A stretch of 59,895 nucleotides of DNA, the filler included, from Sphacelaria rigidula (lineage: Eukaryota), in assembly GCA_964200075.2 (NCBI GenBank). It is 9 parts of 9 records of this genome, joined end to end, with 100 filler letters (N's around TTAATTAATTAA, not from the genome) between each part and the next. Parts side by side here need not be neighbours in the genome. Positions count along the whole stretch, not along the records: positions 46,666 to 53,230 come from CAXNAA020019315.1; positions 53,331 to 59,895 come from CAXNAA020019316.1; 7 more parts are not named here. One strand, 5' to 3'. Positions 48,900-59,895 of the stretch are shown here, piece after piece. The translations under genes were made by a program, and so were the position numbers. The stretch's first letter is position 1. Every line of letters begins with the position of its first letter. Below the pieces are notes generated by a model. It made no database searches and was not told the DNA's origin. It saw only the letters and a program-made list of their open reading frames with translations.

Positions 48900-51110
48900 C
48901 AGGGGTCTACACGTTACACGTTCACGTTCACGTTACGTTCATCACGTTAAATAATTTTGAACGTTACGTGAACGTTTCATATGGAAAATTTAACGTTACG
49001 TTCATCAGGTGAAAAAAAATAACGTTACGTTTCGTTACATGTAACGTAATATGAAACGTTTCAATGTCACGTGAAACGTTCGACTGTAACGCTTCATTCT
49101 GTGCATGTCGCGACCTATTCACCTGTGTTTAAGGCGTTGTAACGTGTCGTTTAACGCGTGATGTTCCCGTGCACGTGATGCTGACGGTGACCCGTCGGCT
49201 AGTTCTCATGTATAAAAAAAACTATTAAAAAACGCGTTTTCTGATAACCCACTTCTTATGCGATCAGAAAACGCGTTTGAAATCCCGCCGCACGCGAACA
49301 CACCCTCCAGCCCACGACAGTAGCCATGGGTGGCTTGGCTGTCATCACCACTGCTGTCGCTGGTGTTCGCGGGTAGTCAGCGTGTTGCTTCATTGTCCTT
49401 CGCTCGCCACTATCATGGTAGCTATTTACCCCATGAGAACAGCACAGGGCAGGGTCAATGATGAGTGCTGTACAAACACTCTGTGTGTAGTTTGCACGAC
49501 AGTACTGTAGCTCGCATTTTAGGTATGTGCATGCAGCGGGATGCGAACAGCACACGCGATGCAGTACAGACTGCCCACGCACCCAAGCCTTGAAGAGACA
49601 GGACCGCACTGACCATACACACAAGACCACAGCATAAGGAGTAGTGCTTCTGCTGTAGTGTCCACAGGGCTTGGGTGCTCGGGCAGTCAGTACTGTATTC
49701 GAGTGCTGTTTGCAACATGCTGCATGCACAGACCTGAACCGAGCTACATTACTGTGTAACCTACATACAGAGTGTCTGAAAGCACTCGTCATGGCCCCTG
49801 CCCTGTTTTATTCTCATGGGGGTAAGGGGTAAAGGTCATCACGCTACTGGCAAGCGAAGGACAATGAAGCAAAACCATGACTACCCGCAAGCACCAGCGA
49901 TAGCAGTGATGATGGCAGCCAAGCCATCACTACAAACAAGGTTGTCGGGAGATTGAGAGTAGAGGGTACGATTGAGAGTGAAAAGCGGTCAAATAGTGAA
50001 TTACCCGTTCCAGTTCCGAAATGCCCCTCCACGAGGCCCAATATGCTTTTTGTAGTAACTTGCCACTGAGGTCCTTGATATCCTTGAGTAGGATATCGAT
50101 GTGTAGCTTTAAGCACACGCCAGTGATGGAGGGGAGAAAAAGAGTACACGGAATGAATAATTGGCTAAGTTGAAGCGAATGAACAAAGCAACTCCCAATC
50201 AGCACTCTACTCTCAACCTCACGAAAAAGTTTACAGCAAATGCATATAATACAGTACTGTTGTTGTGTGTACTCTTGTCCGTGCTTTCCTTTCAGTCAAG
50301 TACTACCGTGCAGTGAAAAGCACAACCGTCACCTCTACAGTCAGTTAGTACGGTGTTCGTATCGGTCGTCTCGCGTCACGCAGCCCACCATGTATTGCGC
50401 AGGCAATGTATCACAGTAGTACAGACAGTCAGTATGGACCGTACACCACGACACGACAGCAGAGTGCTGCGTCTATCTCGCGCGCCTCAGAATTTGAAAT
50501 TATGCCTGCACACCTTATAGAAAACGATGAGCACTGCGTTTCCAATTTTGACAGCGCGTCGATTACGTAAGAAAGGCTACTTTGAAAAATTATGTGGAAA
50601 ATCGCGCTGTTGAGAAACGGCTTTTCTGAGGAGGTGCTGTTTTATACATAAGAAGTAGCCTTGGATGTGGTCGAGATGATCATGATGTTATGATTATGAC
50701 GTGTGGTGGGGAGAGCGCGAAATTTCTGCAATAGTACCATACCGATACCATGGTCATTCAAACTCACTCGGGTATATTGAAGCACCATCTTCTTGGATTT
50801 TAAAACTCCAAAGTTGAAGTTTCACCACTGCATGCGACGTGTTCATGACGTTTCATATAACGTGTAACGTAACATATAACTTTACGTGTAACGTGTAACG
50901 TCTAATGCACGTGTTTCATATTATGTGATTTGAACGTTTGGGCATTTAAATGTTCACGTTACGTTACGCATGTCTTCTTAAAAAATTTAACGTAACGTTT
51001 ACGTTACGTTCATCACGTTAAAAAAAATCAACGTTCACCTTACGTTTCGGCCAAAACGTAACGTGAACGTAACGTGTAACGCTGTGGCACGTGTAACGTG
51101 TAGACCCCTG
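48900..51110. mobile_element. Non-autonomous hAT-like element
   Basis: Perfect 21-bp TIR CAGGGGTCTACACGTTACACG; 8-bp flanks AATTTTGT/AATTTTTT; ACGTT/AACGT subterminal arrays; absent from the paralogous site at about 19595. Confidence 0.9.
49197..50660. mobile_element. TIR element nested in the hAT-like element
   Basis: GGCTAGTTCTCATGTATAAAA vs reverse complement of the end GGCTACTTCTTATGTATAAAA; missing from the sister copy at 54305; no clear TSD. Confidence 0.6.
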
Positions 51111-54100
51111 AATTTTTTCTCGTTGATTGAAACTCATGTCCAGTAATTTCAATACCGTACGGAGATAGCGTCCACACTAAAATCTATATAACCCCCCGAC
51201 GATACATTGAGCGGATGACGACGATTTTTGGTGTGGACATTTCCTGGAGCACGGGGAGACGATAGATATCCTCACCTTCACCTAATTCGTAATCTATCTC
51301 GAGATATGGCGCACGTAAGGTTCTATACTAAAATCAATATATTACGACCAGAGGCACTAGATGCCCCATATGTGGATATCGCGTCTCAGTTTTTGAGACT
51401 TGTGCTATGAAATTTGGAATGGAGAACCGCTAGTGCATAATAAAACAAACAGCTTTGTATTTTTTTTCTAGGATTTCTTCATGATTTTTCGTGTTTTTAG
51501 GTGAATTTTGAGGAGAGATAACACTGCTCTTCGGCCTTATCTCAATTTTTCAGCCCAATATTTAGAATTGTGATTTGAAACGTAGCATGGAGAACGACAC
51601 AGGTATGCTTGAAAAAAAAATGGGCTTGAATATTTTTTTGGGACAGGTTCGGGCGTTCTCGTAAAAAAATGGTCGCTACCACACTAAAACGCCCTAAACC
51701 AGCGAAAAAAAAAAATCAAAATCAACCTGATCCATTTTTCTCGGTTCATCATGACCTAGCGAGGTCCCACACCAAGTTTCAAAACACAAACACCAAACGT
51801 GGGCCGGTAAACGGCCTGCAAAATACTATTCCGAATTCCCACTGGCCCGGTTTTCAAAGGGCGATTTCGCAATATTTCACTCAGAGTTGGAACCTGAAAT
51901 TAGGTACGGACAATCAACAGGGCATAAAAAAAATTGTGTGCCGGGTGCCGGGTCTCAAAGTTTTTATTTTTAATGAGTTGAGGGCAATAATCAGTTTTGA
52001 GGTCTTAGTAAAACGCCCTTAAATCACAAAAAAAAAAAACTTTGGGACCCGGCACAAGAAAAATTTCATGCCCTGTTCACTGCCGATATCAATGTCCTCT
52101 GTCCAACTCTAGGTAGAGAATTGCGAATTCGTCTGCAAACTACAAATCCGCTTCTGGGCTGGCCCAGCTCGTATGCGGTACATTTTTCTTCATTTTTTTT
52201 ATTCAGCCGCGGTCCCATGCGTCACCACGTTGGACTGCAGGTCACACCGATATACTCAAGTTGGGCCGATTTGCTAAACTTGAAAAGTTGTGGTGTGGGA
52301 AGCGAATGCGGGGTTTACTGCTGGCCCAACTGGTAGTCTCGAGGTAGCCCGAGGAACGCTGATACAAAGTTTTGTTGTGGAACTCGAAAAACTGATCCCC
52401 CGATGCTCGATGCAAGTTTGAACGCTCGAGCAAAAAAGTCGGTTTGACGCTAAAATCACGTACTTGAGGTATTCGGCAGATTATTTTGCACTCGAGCCCA
52501 TCTACGGCCGATTTCTCACACGTTTTCTTGGAGTTTGAATCTGAAATTTTGCACTCGTGTACTCCGAGATATTGCGAAACCCTAAACCAGCCTGTATTGC
52601 GCTTGCAATAGCGTGAGCTGAGTTAACAAGAAACAAATACGAGCGATGAAAGGAAAACGTGCACTCTGCGAAACATGTAAGATGTGTGTTGCGTGCATAT
52701 TGCCATTCCATATATTGTGGACCCCAGTCTCTTGTGTGAATATATTTGGGTCCGATTTCCTTTTTGGATTTTCTTCGACTCTATATTGGGTTATCTAGCC
52801 CGTGACCACGGAAGGCGTCTGCATCAGATGCTCAGTACAGAGTACTGCGCAGATATGGGAACGGTTTTTAATGTGAAGACAACAACAACAACAAGTCGAC
52901 ACCGTATATGTATATGTGAAGGTACCGGTCGGGGTCACAGAGGAGGAAGGTCAATACAGGAGTGCTTCTTTTATTTCTTATTTGTCCTTCCTCAGAGGGT
53001 AATATGAATGAAAACGGGAGAAAAGCACAACTATTGTCTCATCAAATACCGGCGGAGGACAAGAACGAGAGCGACATGCAGTCTTCAAAATGTCTTACAC
53101 AAGCCGATGATCCCAACAAGAATTACAGGCGTCTGTTCTTCACCCCCCCCCCCCCCCCCCCCAACACAATAAAGGGGGGGGGGGGCAAACGGGCCCGGAG
53201 CCCAAAATTTGCGTTTGAAAAAAAGAAAAANNNNNNNNNNNNNNNNNNNNNNNNNNNNNNNNNNNNNNNNNNNNTTAATTAATTAANNNNNNNNNNNNNN
53301 NNNNNNNNNNNNNNNNNNNNNNNNNNNNNNCATACACCGAAAGGTGTAGACTGGTGCCCAGAATAAATGGGACGACAACACACACACACACAACACACAC
53401 ACAAGTTGTGAGCCGTGATTTCAAATTCACGAAGTGTAGGCGGACAAGGGCCCTTCTTGTCGAACGAGATCTCCCCTTTTCCAAAACCCACTTTTGACAG
53501 GGGATCGCCCCCCCAGTGACCACTTTTGAGTCTTATCGAGAAGCAGCTTTGTATAGATCGAACCCTAGATCTGCACACAGGTTCAAAAATGCGGCGGGTC
53601 TGGAAGTGGTCGTTAGTCCAAGGTCTCTGTAATGCTACAGACAAGACGCAACAAGGCAACATAACGCCTTCACACCCAGCCCTGAAAAAACATGTACAGA
53701 CACCCACCACTCGCGCGCATTAGTTCCACCGCTAGCGCTTGCTAATCTGCAAACGGCAGTCTTTGTTTGATGGAAATTTGTTCTGTATTGGATGAGTAGC
53801 AGCCGAGTGCGTGTAAAAAAAACGGAAACATGTCGTTGCTAATCGTTTGTGCGCGTGTGCTGTGCGCGCGTCTCATACAAACCATCATTTCTCAATAAAT
53901 GTTGATCAGATTTGAGCAAGACCACGCATAATGTGCTCAGCTGATGAGCAGCTAGGGCTCGAGCAATCTTTTTTTTTGTTTTTTCAGGAGCACCAAGTTC
54001 TTCAGATTCAGCCCTGACTGTGTTGGATTGTGTGGTAAGCCTTTGTATGTGCCCCTGTCAACGGGACATGCATATTCCCCTTCGAGGTGGCCGAATATCA

Positions 54101-54304
54101 TTACTGTGTGTCTGTGGTCAATCCAGAACAAGTACGCGGCAATCTCGTCGCTACTGTAAAAACCCTCATACAATGGCCGAGGCCCACAACGCAGTAGGAG
54201 AACGTCGAGAACTGCCCTCCGAATCTTGCGTAGACTCCCACGTTTACACCAACTCAGGGAGACCGTCTGCTGAAATTGTGCACAAAGCACGGTGCAGTAT
54301 TTTC

Positions 54305-55992
54305 CAGGGGTACACACGTTACACGTTCATGTTCACGTTACCTTTCGTTTGGCACGTTGAAAAATTTGACGTGACGTTCACCTTTCATGTAACGTAATAT
54401 GAAACGTTTCATGCACGTATAGCGTCCAATGTAACGTTTCGTCAACCTGTGTAACGTTCGCATATAACGTTCCATTCAGTGCATGTCACGACTAATTTAC
54501 CAGTATTGAAGGCATTGTAATGTGTCGTGTAACGCGTGACGTTCCCGTGTACGTGACGCTGACGATGGTCGTCGTGTGTATGAGCGTTGACGCATTATCT
54601 GATTGTGTAACGTTACTTTCTCTACAGTGTACGACATATCTTTTATTCGTTTTGACCGTAATGTTTCCATATCTTCTCTTTCCTCTTCATCTTCTTGTTT
54701 TCAATTTTCAATTTCCAGATGCTTGGTCATTCGCACGACAGCACATACTGTACACACAACAAATCGTGAACATGATTGAACGCCGACTTGAGTCGTCCCG
54801 GCATTTCGCAGACAAAATTATATTGTCTACCCTTGGTTCTATATATATATGTATAGATGTATACACATGGGTAAGTAAGATAGTTCATCACGACCGTCAA
54901 AGGCAGGCATACGTGTTTATGCATATATGTATGTATGACAGGTTTACACCGCGGCCCAGGCAATCAATGCTATCTAGCGGAAAAAATATACTGTGTTTGC
55001 AAAGTACAGCCTGTATCTGTAACCTCGTCCTGTTGGCAAAATACAGTAGTGGGCGGTCTAACTATTTAGGGGTGTTTTGGGGTTTTCCTCGCGTACTACT
55101 CTTCGATAGAAACCGAAATTGCTAGCGTCGGTAGATTTTGGTACAACACAACAGATCACCCTCGAAACACAGTGCCCAAGTCAGTGTATGTTGGTGTTAT
55201 CGGGCGAAACGAGTAAATACCCCGTTTATCAGGAGGGTGGGTGTTATTGACCGTGAAACACAGTTTTTCGGCCCTAGTGCCAATGACTAGACAGAATTAA
55301 AAAAAACATGAAACTGTACATTTTGTTAAAAATATTATCAAGACGAACTCGATCGACCGAAAACACAGAAAGTAAGAATCTGGGCTGAAACGTGGCACGA
55401 CCCCCGACGACCAGTCAGCCCGGAAGTCTCTCAATATTGGGCACAGATGATTTTTCTTCTTAGAATGTGGGGTGGATATGAATATCTTCAGATCCCCGAT
55501 GTGATCAGCAGTGGTAAGCGAAAAGAGCCCAAGACAATCGCCAATCACGAAAAAATCACGAAATGCCACAAAATGAATAGTTAGACCGCCCACTACTGTA
55601 CACCTCCTGTACTTGTACCGTGTATAGTAGTTACTTCGTCTTCTAGGATTTCAAAATTCGTTGCAAACTTGAAGTGTGCACGGCTTGATGTAACGTGTTC
55701 TTGTCGTTTCATGTAACGCGTAGCGTCTCATGCACGCGTAACGTGTAAATAGATGTTACACGTTCCATGAAACGTTTCATATTACGTGTTTTGAACATTT
55801 GGGCAATTCAACGTTCACGTTATGTTTCGTTTGGCACGTTGAAAATATTGAAGTTATGTTAACGTTTCCTTTGAAGGTATCACGTTACGTTGACGTTACG
55901 TTCATCACGTGAATAGTTTTAAACGTTACACGTTACGTTTCGGCCAAAACGTCACGTGTAACGTTGTGGCACGTGTAACGTGTATACCCCTG
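54305..55992. mobile_element. Second non-autonomous hAT-like element of the CAGGGG family
   Basis: CAGGGGTACACACGTTACACG ... CGTGTAACGTGTATACCCCTG; ACGT arrays; TSD degenerate. Confidence 0.85.
55044..55598. mobile_element. Tc1/mariner-like MITE nested in the hAT-like element
   Basis: TA|CAGTAGTGGGCGGTCTAACTAT ... ATAGTTAGACCGCCCACTACTG|TA. Confidence 0.9.
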
Positions 55993-56339
55993 GTTTTGTT
56001 CCCTTCCAATTCAAGAGTGAGGCACCTGCAAAAACACCAAAGCACAGTTCTCACTGAAGCCCAACTCACGTACCGTAGATGAACCACCGTATCGTTGCAA
56101 GTGTGTTTCCTGTTCTCTTCTTTTCAAGATCTAGCCTGTCTGCTCTACCTGTCTACCTTTCTACACTTTTCTTCAGCCGAGTGCTTCCATCTTGTCTTCT
56201 ATATCGGATATGTTTATCACGTGGACATGGCTGAATCCCTGGGGGACCAGTTATACTGCGACAATCAACAGATCAAACCGTACCTCGCACTTTTGTAGTC
56301 ATCAATGAATGTGTGAAAATACATGCTCGGATGGAGAAT

Positions 56340-57070
56340 CATCGAAGGGCGGCCCAGCGCTTGGGGTTATCCCGTTTGCATAGTAGCGGGAAAAGAGTGG
56401 TAAACCCACGTTCCGCGTCGATTATCGCAACACCTTCAACCCCTTTCATATGCTCAAAGCATGCCTCCTCCCAAGTATCGACACATGTCTTGACTGTGAT
56501 AATGGATCAACACGTTATTACCGTTATGGATGACATGTTTCATGAGCGCTCGCTGGCAAAAAGCACTAGCTGAAGACGACATCGGTAAAGCCGCTCTTGT
56601 TGCCAAACACGGAAAATACATGTTCCGTCGATTACTGTTTGGCATTTTTTGTGCGCCGTGGATTTGTCAGCGAGCTATATCCGTGGTTCTCGCTCGTACT
56701 GGCCCAGGCTGCGGCATTTTCTGTCAGATGGACGATTTGTTAAGCCTCACTTACACGTTCGAGGAGCATCACAAACCTGTTGAATTCACCTTTGTTGCTC
56801 TGCAAACAGCTGGGTGGTTAGCTAACCCTTGAACCCTCCAAAGTCAGTTTCGACCCTAAATAAGTGTAGTATCTAGGTCCGATCACCGCATCAGACGGCA
56901 TCTCTCTTGGTCAAGATCGCGTTCAAGCTGTTGATGGCCTGCCGACCCCTAGATCTATCAAAAACCGCCGTCCCTTCCCAGGGACGATCAATTTCGTCCG
57001 CTGAGGTGTGCGAAAGACTATGCCGACATCACGGTACCACTTGTCAAACTCACTCGTGAAGACTGCACTG
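56340..57070 (+). pseudogene. Ty3/Gypsy reverse transcriptase remnant
   Basis: SAWGYPVCIV..VDYR; LAEDDIGKAALVAKHGKYMFRRLLFGIFCAPWICQRAI; MDDLL..TFEEH; YLG..DGI..RVQAV..PTPRSIK..YADITVPLVKLTR; with frameshifts and stops. Confidence 0.85.
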
Positions 57071-57139
57071 GCAAATCTACAGATGGAGAGTACCCGTAGG
57101 TTCGAGTGCTACCGTTGACGCCAATAAGATTACCGCCTT

Positions 57140-58215
57140 GCAATATTTAGAGTTGGACCCTGTAGTTTGGTGTGGGCAATAAATAGGGCATGGTGAAAAC
57201 AAATACCAGTGCATACAAGGTTTTTTTTCATGAGTTAAGGGCATTTTACTGATACCTGGAAACTGATTATTGCCCTTGACTCATGAAAAAAACAAAAAAC
57301 TTTCTGTACACTGGTACTTGTTTTTATTATGCCCTATTCATTGTCCATACCAAATTTCAGGGTCCAACTCTAAATACTGGCCGTACGATGGGGCGTTCAG
57401 TGACGGGGTCAGCAGAAATTCGGAACATTATTTTGCAGGCCACTTACCGGCCTACGTTTGGTGCTTGTGGATTGAAACTTTGTGTGGGCCGTGGCTAGGG
57501 CATACTTGACGAAACGAAGTGGGTCAGGCTGATTTTTTTTCCTCACTGGTTTAGGGCGTTTTAGTATGGAAACCACCACTTTTTTTACGAGAACGCCCGA
57601 ACCTCTCCCCCCCAAAAAATAACTGAGGGCCCATTTGTTTTTTATTCAGCATAACTCTGTGGTTCTTTATCCTAAGTCTCAAACCACAATTCTAAAAATT
57701 GAGCCGAAAAATGAGACGAGGCCCAAAAGCAGTGTTTATTTCTTCTCAAAACTGCCCCAAAACCCCGAAAAAAAATGAACCCCCTCCCCCGAAAAATTAA
57801 AAAAAAAAGCTGTGTTTTTAAGCTTTATTACGGATTATTAGTAGCGGTTCTTCATACGAAATTTTATACCAAAACTTTCAAAAACTGAGACGCGATATGG
57901 AGGTCCAGTTCATCTCGTACATCTGCTCGTAATATACTAATTTTAGTATGGAAAAGTATGTGCGCCATATCTCGAGATAGGTCACGAATTAGGTAAAGGT
58001 GAGGGTATCTACCGTCTCCCCGTGCTCCAGGAAATGTCCACACCAAATTTCGTTGTCATCCATTGAATCCACCGATCGGGGGTTTTATGGAGATTTCAGT
58101 GTGGACGCTATCTCCGTTAGGTATAGGAATTAATAGACATGAGATTTAATCGACGAGAAAATATCGACCCAAACTTTTGAGCAGATGGGCACCTTCCCCT
58201 CGGTTAGACGATTAA
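57140..58215 (-). mobile_element. Reverse partial copy of the 48754-52171 MITE family
   Basis: Reverse complement of about 51119-51950 and 19550-19840. Confidence 0.75.
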
Positions 58216-58421
58216 TAAAATACTAGTGGTAAGCCACGGCTGACGCACGTGGCAGCACCGTCGCAGGTACCACCGTCGCAGGTACCACCGCCACTGTTCT
58301 CGCACGAGTGGTGGTTCCGAACAAAATTGCCAAAAGCGAAACCGACGTGAACCATAATTAATAAGTACAAAGTATAAGCAAGTAAGGACTTACAGCCCCA
58401 CGGCTAACATGAAGAGCGTTA

Positions 58422-58736
58422 CACACGCGGCCATTTGGCTACCCCTAAAATTCCTGCAGGGCGGTCAATTTTTCGAGCCCCCGGATAATTTAAACGCCTC
58501 CGGAGGGGTGGGCGACTCTCCAGAGGAATAGTTTTTTTTTGCCTCCGGAGGGATGCGCGGCCCTCCGGAGGCATTTTTCTACCCGCAAATTCTTCCGAAG
58601 GGATGCGCTGCCCTCCCCGGTGGTAGTGTTTGGTTTCCTCCAGAGGGATTGAAGGCCCCCGGAGGCTTGTTTTGCTTCTGGAGGGCCACGCATCCCTCTG
58701 GAGGCATTTTGAGGGGTAGGCAAATGGCTGCGTGGG
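58422..58736. mobile_element. ~315-bp MITE with CCGGAG-rich interior
   Basis: CACACGCGGCCATTTGGCTACCCCT vs reverse complement of the end CCCACGCAGCCATTTGCCTACCCCT; flanks TA/TG. Confidence 0.7.
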
Positions 58737-59895
58737 TGCTAAACGCGGGGGGATTGCTAGCCTCCGAAAAGTATCCGGGCTGTTCGGCGACATTACGCTA
58801 ACCATCGCCCATTTTCCTTCGTTTTTTGGGATACACTTGATTTTAGACGACATCCTTGACATGGAGAAATCGTGCGCTAAGGTAACGCTCTTCCTATTGA
58901 GACGCCACATGCACTTCCACACTACTGAGACATTCCGGAGTTGATCCTTATTTCGAAGTGCTTCCCAAGCCGACCCTCAAAACCGGCAGAAGCAACAGGC
59001 CATTGTCCGAGTTTCTCCGCTGAGCGCGGGACGTGCCCTGGAAAGGGTTCTTGACCCAGTCGGTGCATTCGGGCTCGAAGCACACAACGCGAAAAATAGC
59101 GAACACGCCCGGGCCTTGTAATTGGTGTGAAAATAATATCAAGAAGAGTCATTTGTTATTTTCCCTTCAAAAGTGATGTTATAATAGGGTCGATACTTCT
59201 ATTTTTTGCGTTTGTCAAGCAGGAGCGGTGGGCTTGGTCTTTCCGCTGCGTGATCTCTTGACTTTTGCCGCTAGCGGTGGCTCGCCTGTGCATGTGTGCG
59301 TGCCGTGGCGTGCGCTATCTGCCGACTCTGCTGTGTGCGGGTGCATTCAAAAGTGGTGTTGGTTGGACCGGCGGGTCAGCACAAATAAATGTCCTATGAA
59401 ACTGGTTTTACCACTCTGCCGACAGGCTCTGTTGCTCTTCGTCAATCGGTGCGAAGTGTTGCAGTGTTTGCTGGGCAAATTGTGCGTTGCAAGACCTCAT
59501 TTAGACAGAAGCGCGTCTTGCGCAAGCTTAGGGCGCAGCCCCCATTAAAGTTCCAGATATCAGTGTGCACAATATATCCAATTCGGGACACGTCACCTCA
59601 CCAAGTGGCGAACTTTGCCCTTGAGTGCGCGAAGCAGAAAAGTTATATGTGCACCCGGGTGCATCATCGACATCTGTGCAATCAAGGACTATGGCAAAAA
59701 TACCAAGACTTGCGGCTGGTAAGTGCCGCATGACCACCCCAACTTGAATCACATCACTTTCGATGCATAGACAGCACAACCAACGCAGAGTACAAAGTTA
59801 TAGTAACACGCTGCTGTACTCACTCACGGGATTTTCCCCTTTTTGAAAAAATCCTCGTTCCTAAAAACGATCTATGATTGGTCGCTGCGATATCA

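Larger units (their letters stand above)
48754..52171. mobile_element. Tc1/mariner-like MITE (~1.2 kb after removing the nested insertion)
   Basis: TA|CGAGCTGGGCCAG ... CTGGCCCAGCTCG|TA; relatives at 19380-19870 and 57140-58215 (reverse). Confidence 0.8.

Overview
Eukaryotic, repeat-rich DNA (about 50% GC). The style of the repeats, spliced exons and TTAGGG tracts suggests a brown alga or other stramenopile; this is inference. The window is not a contiguous locus. It is nine contigs of 6568, 6568, 6567, 6566, 6566, 6565, 6565, 6565 and 6565 bp, in descending length order, joined by an artificial 100-bp spacer (44 N + TTAATTAATTAA + 44 N), so nothing can be linked across the gaps. Host coding content is sparse: two exons of an MDP-1-type HAD phosphatase, a multi-exon gene with an N-terminal targeting-like peptide, two exons of a coiled-coil protein, and one exon with a DEG/ENaC-like P-x-V-T-V-C motif. 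The rest is mostly non-autonomous DNA transposons identified by TIRs and TSDs (TTAA piggyBac-like, TA Tc1/mariner-like, TNA PIF/Harbinger-like, 8-bp hAT-like, 9-bp Mutator-like). There are also LINE, SINE and Ty3/Gypsy remnants and a decayed hAT transposase C-terminus. The most interesting items are a 71-98 bp piggyBac-like micro-element with a visible empty site, Harbinger-like MITEs inserted twice into another MITE's TIRs, multi-level nests, elements carrying telomeric repeats, and an unidentified decayed intronless ORF cluster behind long direct repeats (contig 6). No novel system can be proven from sequence alone.
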